A DNA stretch of 64,000 bases from Macrostomum lignano. Taxonomy: Eukaryota. The DNA lies in assembly GCA_002269645.1 (NCBI GenBank), contig NIVC01001502.1:64043-128042 (forward strand), written 5' to 3'. The notes below the pieces were generated by a model. That model was not told the DNA's origin. It saw only the letters and a program-made list of their open reading frames with translations, and ran no database searches. Shown here piece by piece: positions 1-11,500 of the stretch (positions are counted from its first letter, which is position 1; each line of letters begins with the position of its first letter). Both the position numbers and the translations under genes were made by a program.

Positions 1-485
1 GACAGTTGCTTGTGGCTTTTTATGTTATGATATAATAAAATATAGGCCTATTGCTTATCTATAGGCCTGCCTATTGCTTATTGCCTATTGACTAGCCTAA
101 TTAGTTTTAATAGATCATATAAACCAATTTTACAAAAGCATTTTTGGACTTCAATATAAAATTCAAGGCCTAAGACTAACAAATTTAGTTATGCACACCA
201 GAATTTTCAAATATAGAGAAGCCATATAGTATTGTCTTGATAATAGATGTTGTTAATATACAATTTATAAATTTTATCATGTAGGTCCTAATTAAAAAAT
301 TGTCATACAAAAGTCTAAACTATTTGAAAATTGGTATAAATATGTTCTAGTTTCTGGAACAAAAGTATACATTTCTAAGATTATATCCAAATATACTAAA
401 TCCATATATTAAAAATGGTTATGACTAACAACTGAACCATAGTTTTGATTATATATTTGTGTATGCCAGGTCTAATGTTAGAAAA

Positions 486-1250
486 AATTATGAGATCTCA
501 TTTGTATGCCAGAACTTAAAAATGTGTCATTGACATAATGTTTCTGCTATGTTATATATGCTGATGTATGCTAAAAAATGGCAAGTACCTTTGTTGTATG
601 CTAGAAAATCCTGGCATATATGTTGTCTTCCAAACTATGGCAAATGAAAGAAGTACTAATTATGTATATTACATTATTACATTGCATTATTACATTATGC
701 ATAATTATTACATAGCATTATATTATTACATTGGTACTTCTTTCATTTGCCATAGTTTGGAAGACAACACATACATGCCCAACACCTGTCCAACTGACCC
801 ATCCAAACTAGACAGGTGAAATGGCTATTGGCCATGGTAAGTCACAAAATTAAAAATGCAAAAAAACAAAAAATTGGCAAAGAAAGAAAGGATAGGAAGA
901 GAAAAGGAAAAAAATAGAGGGAGAAAAGAGTGAAGGGAAAGAGGAGAAAGAAAGAAAAAGAGAAAAAAAGAGAAAAGGCAAGAAAAATCATATACAAATT
1001 TAAAATTAAGTCACAATTAGAGGAACTAAGTTGCAATCAAGAGGAACTAAGTTGCAAATCTGGACAAAACTAAGTTGCACTGCATAGGTGAAATTTTGAG
1101 GTTGGGCATATATGAGACAACATATATGCCAGGATTTCCCAGTATACAATAAAGGTATTTGTACATCAGCATATATTTAACACAGTGGAAACATTAATAT
1201 GTCAATGGCACATTTTTTAGTTCTGGCATACAAATGAAGTCTTGTAATTT
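486..1250. repeat. AT-rich nested inverted repeats (foldback-like relic)
   Basis: 621-656 is the exact reverse complement of 734-769 (36 bp); ~486-630 is an imperfect reverse complement of ~1113-1250. Confidence 0.75.
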
Positions 1251-2302
1251 ATATATATATAACATATATTTCTATAATCTTATATTTAAAGCTAAGTAGA
1301 CTGGCCAGGTTTAATACATTTCTTCCTAGATGGTTACCAACTTAAATGCAAGACTGCATTTGCATTTGATTTAAATTCCTAAAATCTTAAAATTAGATAA
1401 TGAAAAGAAGATTAATAAATTACAATGCAAATCTCACAATTAAAAGAGTAACAGTCTTGATTCTATTGGTTTATTAAATCATATTGTCCAATGGGTTATT
1501 TATGTATTAACTATTTGTAATTAAGACATGTCTAACTATTTATAATTTTGTTTTAATGTTACAACCAGTGTTATCAAAGCTTTAAATCAGTTATTTAGTC
1601 CTACTAATTCACTCAATATTTTACTAGAATTCATAGTTTAACTTTGAGCATTGCTATTTATTATATGCCAAGTAGTCTGGATACTGTTCTAAGTTTTCTT
1701 TTATTGACTCTTATATTGACTCTAAATGAGTATATATTCCTATGAGTAATTCTATCTATAATTTTTTTATATTTTAACTATCCAATTATTAAACTATAAT
1801 CCTATATTCAGTTCTCTTTGTATAGAATAACTTGACCTCTATAATGTTTTAATGTATTACAAGGTATTACTTGCATAACAAATGATCAATATATGTTGGA
1901 TATTTACAAAAAGCACCATTTAAGCATTGAGAATCACTGTGACATTTGGCATCTTAGGTCCAAAGTCAGGATGGCGAATTCAAACCTAACTTGCTTGCTG
2001 GTGCAGTCAAAACTTTAAAATTAAATAAAATATTTGCCCTATCATTTTATATTACTATACCTCAAACCTAGTGAAGTTTACATATTTATAGATTTGACAA
2101 TTGATAGAAGTATTAAACTTGCAAGAGTCCTAATAATTTTAAAATTATTGATACTTCAAATTAAAAAAAAACAGTGAATAAAATACAGAGTGCCAATTTA
2201 GAACTCATGGTCCAAATGCAGGATGCTGTGGTGTAATCCACCATTCCAGCTTTGCGAGTAGTAATCAGCCCCATATAATTGAGCACACTGCCAGTGCCAA
2301 CA

Positions 2303-3106
2303 ATGAATGGCAACAAAGTTCACCCTTCGTCGAAGGCCTCGGCTCACTATAGGAATAGCAACAGCAGCGCCGCCGCTACCACCGGCGCCCCAATTGGTCG
2401 GCCGGCGCCATTACAGTCTGATAGCGCCGCTGGATGCGCCGGCGCCAAATCCGTGCCAGTGCTGCCGCAGATGATTGGCGCCGCCGCAGCTGCCGCCGCC
2501 GCCCTCGCCGCCTCGCCTTCTTCGTCCGGCTTAACGCCCGGCGCCGCGTCTTTAGTTGGCGCCGGCGCTAGCGCCGCAGACTCGGCCGCGCACAATATGG
2601 AACTGGCCTCGCTATTCGAGTGCCCAGTGTGCTTTGACTACGCCCTGCCCCCTGTAATCCAGTGCCAGGCTGGTCACATTGTGTGCTCAAACTGCCGGGC
2701 TAAACTCACCAGCTGTCCGAGCTGTCGCGGGCCTCTGGCCAATATTCGCAACTTGGCTATGGAGCGCCTAGCCGCCCAGGTACAGTTCCCGTGCAAATAC
2801 GCTAGCAATGGTTGTCTGGCGGCGTTTCACCACACGGCTAAGGCTGAGCACGAGGAGATCTGCGAGTTCCGGCCGTACGTTTGTCCCTGTCCTGGCGCCA
2901 GCTGTAAATGGCAGGGCTCACTTGAGAATGTCATGCAGCACCTCACGCAGCAGCACAAGAGCATCACCACTTTGCAGGGAGAAGATATCATCTTTTTAGC
3001 TACTGATATTAATTTGCCCGGCGCGGTGGATTGGGTCATGATGCAGAATTGCTTCGGCTATCATTTCATGCTTGTGCTGGAGAAACAGGAGAGAATGGAT
3101 AGTCAG
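2303..3106 (+). CDS. SIAH1: Seven-in-absentia (SIAH/SINA) E3 ubiquitin ligase, coding exon 1
   Basis: [43 protein letters not shown] zinc fingers, [21 protein letters not shown]. First in-frame ATG at 2303 (TAA at 2276; ORF track starts at a TTG). Donor CAG|GTGAGT at 3106/3107, phase 0. Confidence 0.93.
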
Positions 3107-3224
3107 GTGAGTGGGCCATTCTTCTCTCTCGCAATCCGGTGTGTTCCTTTTCAAAATATTTTAGCCATGATAGCAGTGACATGCCTTGTATGAGCAGATG
3201 ATTGGTCATGCATTTAGTCGCATA

Positions 3225-4805
3225 CCCGACCCCATCTCCAGTTTCATACCCGACAACATCTCCAGTCCCATACCCGATTCCATCTTCAGTCCCATACCAA
3301 ATCCCATATTTAGTCCCATACCCGATCCCATCTCCAGTGCCATACCCGATCCCATCTTTAGTTCTATCTCCAGTGCCATACCCGATCCCATCTTCAGTCA
3401 CATACCCGATACCATCTCCAGTCCCATACCCGGTCCCACCCTCAGTCCCATCCTGAGTCCCACCCTCAGTCTCATCCTGAGTCCCACCCTCAGTCTCATC
3501 CTGAGTCCCATCCTCAGTTCCATCCTCAGTTCCATCCTCAGTCCCATCCTGAGTCCCACCCTCAGTCTCATCCTGAGTCCCACCCTCAGTCTCATCCTAA
3601 ATCTCCCGTCAATTCCCAAGTTGGCAGTGATTATAACCATTCTGCTGTTCACATTCGTACAAGTTATGCCGACAGCATATTGTTCAGTATGATGCCAACT
3701 GGAATTGATTTCATAAAATATGATTTTGTTGTTTTATATGAGCAGCTATGATTAAATTGCATTACTGCTGTTCACATTCGTTAGCCTTAAAGATTTGAGC
3801 TATGACGACAGCAACATGCTTTGTATGAGCAAATAATAGGTTATTCAGTCCCATACCTGATCTCATTGCAGATCCTTTCTCCATTCCCATACTATACCAG
3901 ATCCCATCTTCAGACCCGATCCCAGATCCCACCTCCCAGTCCCCATACCCGATCCTATCTCCAGTCCCATACCCGATCCCAGATCCCATCTCCCAGTCCC
4001 ATACCCGATCCCAGATCCCATCTCCCAGTCCCATACCCGATCCCATCTCCAGTCCCATACCCGATCCTATCCCTAGTCCCATACCCGATCCCAGATCCCA
4101 TCTCCCAGTCCCATACCCGATCCCATCTCCAGTCCCATACCCGATCCCATCTCCAGTCCCATACCCGATCCCATCTCCAGTCCCATACCCGATCCCATCT
4201 CCAGTCCCATACCCGATCCCATCTACAGTCCCATACCCGATCCCATCTCCAGTCCCATACCCGATCCCATCCCTAGTCTTATACCCGATCCCATCTCTAG
4301 TCCCATACCCGATCCCATTTCCAATCTTATACCCGATCCCATCTCCAGTCCCATACCCGATCCCAGATCCCATCTCCCAGTCCCATACCCGATCCCATCT
4401 CCAGTCTTATACCCGATCCCATCTCCAGTCCCATACCCGATCCCATCTCTAGTCCCATACCCGATCCCATCTCTAGTCCCATACCCGATCCCATCTCCAG
4501 TTCCATAACCGATCCCATCTTCAGTTCTATACCCGATCCCATCTCCCAGTCCCATACCCGATCCCATCTCCAGTCCCATACCCGATCCCAGATCCCATCT
4601 CCCAGTCCCATACCCGATCCCATCTCCCAGTCCCATACCCGATCCCATCTCCAGTCCCATACCCGATCCCATCTCCAGTCCCATACCCGATTCCATCTTC
4701 AGTCCCATACCCGATCCCATCTCCAGTCCCAAACCTGATCCTATCTTCAGTTCCATACCCGATCCCATCTTCACTCCCATACCCGATCCCATCTCCAGTC
4801 CCATC
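3225..4805. repeat. SIAH intron composite repeat: 24-bp and 12-bp C-rich minisatellites around a ~300-bp AT-rich core
   Basis: Units CCCATCTCCAGTCCCATACCCGAT and CCCATCCTCAGT; core at ~3600-3905 is shared with RPS3 intron 1. Confidence 0.95.
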
Positions 4806-4920
4806 TCATTACATTATGTTTCTTCTTCATTTACACAACAGCATGATGTTAGCTAGCTTAACCACTACTGCCCAACTTCTCATCTTCTCAAATAGCATCT
4901 CCACCCCGCCTATACTGCAG

Positions 4921-5265
4921 GTGATGTTCTACGCCATCGTGCAGCTCATTGGCACCCGCAAGCAAGCGGAGCAGTTCGCCTACAGACTCGAGCTCAATGG
5001 CCAACGCCGCCGACTCACCTGGGAAGCGACGCCGCGGTCAATTCACGACGGCGTGCACGCCGCCATTGCCAACTCGGACTGCCTGGTATTCGATTCCAAT
5101 ATTGCCTCCCTGTTCGCTGAGACTGGCAACCTGGGCATTAGCGTGACTATCAGCATGGCAACAGCCGCCGCTGTTGCTACGGGATCATTAAACTCTTCGT
5201 CTGATTTGCCTCAGCAGCAGCAGCAGAGTTCGTCCATTTGCGGTCAGGGCATGCAGATTGGCTGA
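4921..5265 (+). CDS. SIAH1: SIAH E3 ligase, coding exon 2 (substrate-binding domain C-terminus)
   Basis: Acceptor ctgcag|GTG at 4920/4921; [40 protein letters not shown] matches the SIAH C-terminus; TGA at 5263-5265. Confidence 0.93.
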   Translation: MMFYAIVQLIGTRKQAEQFAYRLELNGQRRRLTWEATPRSIHDGVHAAIANSDCLVFDSNIASLFAETGNLGISVTISMATAAAVATGSLNSSSDLPQQQQQSSSICGQGMQIG

Positions 5266-5465
5266 TGCAATTAGCGACCGTTGATAAGTTAATGATAATA
5301 TATGCATACATCTATTGCTTTGTAAGAAGTCACTGATTTCACTTAAAATTGCTTTTTTACCAAAACTGATTGATTGCTTTGAAACTGTGTGAAAAAACTG
5401 TCGTAGGAATCTCCTCCCTAAAACCGAACTGTATCACCTTCCTTCCAAGCCTGAAAAAAACAACC

Positions 5466-6115
5466 CATGAGACTCGCCAAAAATCCACCATGAGAATCGC
5501 CCACAATCCACCATGAGAATCGCCCACAATCCACCATGAGAATCGCCCACAATCCACCATGAGAATCGCCCACAATCCACCATGAGAATCGCCCACAATC
5601 CACCATGAGAATCGCCCACAATGCACCATGAGAATCGCCCACAAACCACCATGAGAATCGCCCACAATCCACCATGAGAATCGCCAAAAATCCACCATGA
5701 GAATCGCCCACAAACCACCATGAGAATCGCCAAAAATCCACCATGAGAATCGCCCACAAACCACCATGAGAATGGCCCACAAATCACCATGAGAATCGCC
5801 CACAATCCACCATGAGAATCGCCCACAATCCACCATGAGAATCGCCCACAAATCACCATGAGAATCGCCCACAATCCACCATGAGAATCGCCCACAATCC
5901 ACCATGAGAATCGCCCACAATCCACCATAAGAATCGCCCACAATCCACCATGAGAATCGCCCACAATCCACCATGAGAATCGCCCACAATCCACCATAAG
6001 AATCGCCCACAATCCACCATGAGAATCGCCCACAATCCACCATAAGAATCGCCCACAAACCACCATAAGAATCGCCCACAAACCACCATAAGAATCGCTC
6101 ACAAATCACCATGAG
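5466..6115. repeat. 23-bp minisatellite
   Basis: Tandem CCATGAGAATCGCCCACAATCCA downstream of the SIAH stop. Confidence 0.95.
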
Positions 6116-7190
6116 CATGGCCCTCAAAATGCTTGTAAATGTGACAGTGAAGAGTTCGCGTGTACTCCAATGAGTACTTTTATTTCGGCATATTTCTCGC
6201 GCACTCTGCCATCCAAATCGTACAATTTCGAGAACTGCTTGCTTTGCATTGTAAAAATACACAAATTGAATTAATATTTAGCTCATCACCTAAACTCACT
6301 ACTTATCCGTGTAGAAGCCCTTCAATAGTAGCGTGATGAGACAATTTTTCCATTGAGAACAAAACTTGAGACGTGCATCGAACAAGGTCAATTTTTTTCT
6401 CTGTCCATTCTCTAGCTAGACAACTTTATTAGAAAATTGCAGACGCTGGTTAGCGACCCCGCTAAGAATCTTTATTTGTCAACAGAAATTGTGATTGATT
6501 GTATGTTTATTTATAAATTTACTCTCTATATTAATTTAGTTTGCTTCTGCGTACAATAATAGTTTATCGCACATGTTTTGTGTCACTGCCGTGTGTTTAT
6601 TAAGTTTTTTTCGAACAAAATGTATGCAAAAATGTATTAACCGGATTATTAATTATTCACTATTGAGCGTGTGCAGCGCGAGTGCAGGTGCTTCGGTCCG
6701 TGGGTGGGGCGGCAGAACTCGCACATTTTCTTTGGGTCTCGTCTTTGCTTTGTGCTGTAGCAATATATATAGCTTATAACCCGGCTACTGGCAGTAGTTT
6801 ATTACTTTTAATCCTGTTGTACAAACCCATTGTATCGTTAATGCCTTTTTTGTTATTAAATAACTCTCTTATCTGCAAACCAATTCAGTGTCTGAAGCTG
6901 TCACCGTCTTATTTTCTCCCTAAATTTGACCCTTAATATCATTTTGTTTGACTTAAGACATCTGACAGCCGCAACCCTCCTTTTACTTTCTATATATGGA
7001 GTGGAAATATGAAAAAAATATTTTTTAATAAAACGAGACGCGTCTTCAGTTAAGCTGTCGCCTAAATCTTTAAGTTGCAATTGTTTTTAGTAACTAGTGC
7101 AGATTTATAAGCTCTGCATTATGCGACTTCACTTGGTTCTTGGCTCCTTTACTGCCACTTGTCAGGCTGTAGGGAATAGGGTCGGTTGGG

Positions 7191-8190
7191 GAGAGTCAGT
7201 TGGGGAGAGTCAGTAGGGGGAGAGTCAGTAGGCCAGAGTCAGTAGGGGGAGAGTCAGTAGGCCAGAGTCAGTAGGGGGAGAGTCAGTAGGCCAGAGTCAG
7301 TAGGCCAGAGTCAGTAGGGGGACAGTCAGTAGGGGGAGAGTCAGTAGGGGGAGAGTCAGTAGGCCAGAGTCAGTAGAGGATAGTCAGTAGGGGGAGAGTC
7401 AGTAGGCCAGAGTCAGTAGGCCAGAGTCAGTAGGCCAGAGTCAGCAGGCCAGAGTCAGTAGGGGGAGAGTCAGTAGGGGGAGAGTCAGTAGGCCAGAGTC
7501 AGTAGGGGGAGAGTCAGTAGGGGGAGAGTCAGTAGGGGAGAGTCAGTAGGGGGAGAGTCAGTAGGGGGAGAGTCAGTAGGCCAGAGTCAGTAGGGGGAGA
7601 GTCAGTAGGCCAGAGTCAGTAGGGGGAGAGTCAGTAGGCCAGAGTCAGTAGGGGGAGAGTCAGTAGGCCAGAGTCAGTAGGGGGAGAGTCAGTAGGCCAG
7701 AGTCAGTAGGGGGAGAGTCAGTAGGCCAAAGTCAGTAGGGGAGAGTCAGTAGGGGAGAGTCAGTAGCGGAGAGTCAGTAGGCCAGAGTCAGTAGGGGGAG
7801 AGTCAGTAGCGGAGAGTCAGTAGGCCAGAGTCAGTAGGGGAGAGTCAGTAGGGGAGAGTCAGTAGCGGAGGGTCAGTAGAAAGAGAATCAGTAGGGGGAG
7901 AGTCAGTAGGCCAGAGTCAGTAGGGGGAGAGTCAGTAGGCCAGAGTCAGTAGGGGGAGAGTCAGTAGGGGAGAGTCAGTAGGGGAGAGTCAGTAGCGGAG
8001 AGTCAGTAGGCCAGAGTCAGTAGGGGGAGAGTCAGTAGCGGAGAGTCAGTAGGCCAGAGTCAGTAGGGGAGAGTCAGTAGGGGAGAGTCAGTAGCGGAGG
8101 GTCAGTAGAAAGAGAATCATTAGGGGGAGAGTCAGAAGGGGGGAGTCAGTAGGGGGAGAGTCAGTAGTGAGATAAGGAGAGTCAGTAGGG
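7191..8190. repeat. 13-15-bp G-rich minisatellite upstream of RPS3
   Basis: Tandem AGTCAGTAGGGGGAG / AGTCAGTAGGCCAG ending ~50 bp before the RPS3 ATG. Confidence 0.95.
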
Positions 8191-8241
8191 AGATGAGAGT
8201 CACCACTCTTAAATAAGAGTATCCACTGTCCGCATGCAAGC

Positions 8242-8556
8242 ATGGCCGCCAGCAAGAATGCTGTAATGAGCAAGAAGCGGGCATTCGTTGCCAACGGCGT
8301 GTTCCGCGCCGAACTGGACGAATTCTTGAAGCGCGAACTAGCCGAGGACGGGTACTCGGGCATCGAGCTCCGCGTGACCCCGGCCAAGATCGAGGTGATC
8401 GTGCTGGCCACCCGCACCCAGAGCGTGCTGGGCGAGAAGGGCCGCAAGGTTCGCGAGCTCACCGCCGTGCTGCAGAAACGATTCGGCTTCGAGGATGGCC
8501 AGATTGAAATCTACGCGGAGAAGATGGCCAACAGGGGTCTGTCCGCTGTAGCACAG
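8242..8556 (+). CDS. RPS3: 40S ribosomal protein S3 (uS3), exon 1
   Basis: [38 protein letters not shown] (KH domain); donor CAG|GTGGGT at 8556/8557, phase 0. Confidence 0.96.
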
Positions 8557-8599
8557 GTGGGTTGAGCGTTGCCTTGGTGACAGATTTTATCATTTGTAA

Positions 8600-11500
8600 C
8601 TCTGTCCCATCCTCAGTCCCATCCTCAGTCCCATCCTCAGACCCATTCTCAGTCCCATCCTCAGTTCCATCCTCAGTCCCATCCTCAGACCCATCCTCAG
8701 ACCCATCCTCAGTCCCATCCTCAGACCCATCCTCAGTTCCATCCTCAGTCCCATCCTCAGTCCCATCCTCAGTTCCATCCTCAGTCCCATCCTCAGTTCC
8801 ATCCTCAGTTCCATCCTCAGTCCCATCCTCAGACCCATCCTCAGACCCATCCTCAGACCCATCCTCAGTTCCATCCTCAGACCCATCCTCAGTCCCATCC
8901 TCAGACCCATCCTCAGACCCGTCCTCAGTCCCATCCTCAGTCCCATCCTCAGTTCCATCCTCAGACCCATCCTCAGACCCATCCTCAGACCCATCCTTAG
9001 TCCAATCCTCAGAACCATCCCGAGTCCCATCTCCCGTCAATTCCCAAGTTGGCAATGATTATAACCATTCTGCTGTTCACATTCGTAGAAGTTATGCCGA
9101 CAGCATATTGTTCAGTATGATGCCAACTGGAATTGATTTCATAAAATATGATTTTGTTGTTTTATATGAGCAGCTATGATTAAATTGCATTACTGCTGTT
9201 CACATTCGTTAGCCTTAAAGATTTGAGCTATGACGACAGCAACATGCTTTGTATGAGCAAATAATAGGTTATTCAGTCCCATACCTGATCTCATTGCAGA
9301 TCCTTTCTCCATTCCCATACTATACCAGATCCCATCTTCAGACCCGATCCCAGATCCCACCTCCCAGTCCCCATACCCGATCCCAGATCCCACCTCCCAG
9401 TCCCCATACCCGATCCCAGATCCCACCTCCCAGTCCCCATACCCGATCCTATCTCCAGTCCCATACCCGATCCCAGATCCCATCTCCCAGTCCCATACCC
9501 GATCCCAGATCCCATCTCCCAGTCCCATACCCGATCCCAGATCCCATCTCCCAGTCCCATACCCGATCCCATCTCCAGTCCCATACCCGATCCTATCCCT
9601 AGTCCCATACCCGATCCCAGATCCCATCTCCCAGTCCCATACCCGATCCCATCTCCAGTCCCATACCCGATCCCATCTCCAGTCCCATACCCGATCCCAT
9701 CTCCAGTCCCATACCCGATCCCATCTCCAGTCCCATACCCGATCCCATCTACAGTCCCATACCCGATCCCATCTCCAGTTCCATACCCGATCCCATCCCT
9801 AGTCTTATACCCGATCCCATCTCTAGTCCCATACCCGATCCCATTTCCAATCTTATACCCGATCCCATCTCCAGTCCCATACCCGATCCCAGATCCCATC
9901 TCCCAGTCCCATACCCGATCCCATCTCCAGTCTTATACCCGATCCCATCTCCAGTCCCATACCCGATCCCATCTCTAGTCCCATACCCGATCCCATCTCC
10001 AGTTCCATAACCGATCCCATCTTCAGTTCTATACCCGATCCCATCCCCCAGTCCCATACCCGATCCCATCTCCAGTCCCATACCCGATCCCATCTCCAGT
10101 CCCATACCCGATTCCATCTTCAGTCCCATACCAAATCCCATATTTAGTCCCATACCCGATCCCATCTCCAGTGCCATACCCGATCCCATCTTTAGTCCCA
10201 TCTCCAGTGCCATACCCGATCCCATCTTCAGTCACATACCCGATACCATCTCCAGTCCCATACCCGGTCCCACCCTCAGTCCCATCCTGAGTCCCACCCT
10301 CAGTCTCATCCTGAGTCCCACCCTCAGTCTCATCCTGAGTCCCATCCTCAGTTCCATCCTCAGTTCCATCCTCAGTCCCATCCTGAGTCCCACCCTCAGT
10401 CTCATCCTGAGTCCCACCCTCAGTCTCATCCTAAATCTCCCGTCAATTCCCAAGTTGGCAGTGATTATAACCATTCTGCTGTTCACATTCGTAGAAGTTA
10501 TGCCGACAGCATATTGTTCAGTATGATGCCAACTGGAATTGATTTCATAAAATATGATTTTGTTGTTTTATATGAGCAGCTATGATTAAATTGCATTACT
10601 GCTGTTCACATTCGTTAGCCTTAAAGATTTGAGCTATGACGACAGCAACATGCTTTGTATGAGCAAATAATAGGTTATTCAGTCCCATATCTGATCTCAT
10701 TGCAGATCCTTTCTCCATTCCCATACTATACCAGATCCCATCTTCAGACCCGATCCCAGATCCCACCTCCCAGTCCCCATACCCGATCCCAGATCCCACC
10801 TCCCAGTCCCCATACCCGATCCCAGATCCCACCTCCCAGTCCCCATACCCGATCCTATCTCCAGTCCCATACCCGATCCCAGATCCCATCTCCCAGTCCC
10901 ATACCCGATCCCAGATCCCATCTCCCAGTCCCATACCCGATCCCAGATCCCATCTCCCAGTCCCATACCCGATCCCATCTCCAGTCCCATACCCGATCCT
11001 ATCCCTAGTCCCATACCCGATCCCAGATCCCATCTCCCAGTCCCATACCCGATCCCATCTCCAGTCCCATACCCGATCCCATCTCCAGTCCCATACCCGA
11101 TCCCATCTCCAGTCCCATACCCGATCCCATCTCCAGTCCCATACCCGATCCCATCTACAGTCCCATACCCGATCCCATCTCCAGTTCCATACCCGATCCC
11201 ATCCCTAGTCTTATACCCGATCCCATCTCTAGTCCCATACCCGATCCCATTTCCAATCTTATACCCGATCCCATCTCCAGTCCCATACCCGATCCCAGAT
11301 CCCATCTCCCAGTCCCATACCCGATCCCATCTCCAGTCTTATACCCGATCCCATCTCCAGTCCCATACCCGATCCCATCTCTAGTCCCATACCCGATCCC
11401 ATCTCCAGTTCCATAACCGATCCCATCTTCAGTTCTATACCCGATCCCATCCCCCAGTCCCATACCCGATCCCATCTCCAGTCCCATACCCGATCCCATC

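Noticed and set aside
842-1036. Hydrophobic Phe/Leu-rich ORF
   Set aside because: Reverse translation of a low-complexity A/G tract.
6682-6936. Hydrophobic ORF as the missing transmembrane first exon of the nucleoporin
   Set aside because: No ATG (in-frame TGA just upstream), AT-rich non-coding composition, no convincing phase-0 donor, and it would need RPS3 nested on the same strand.
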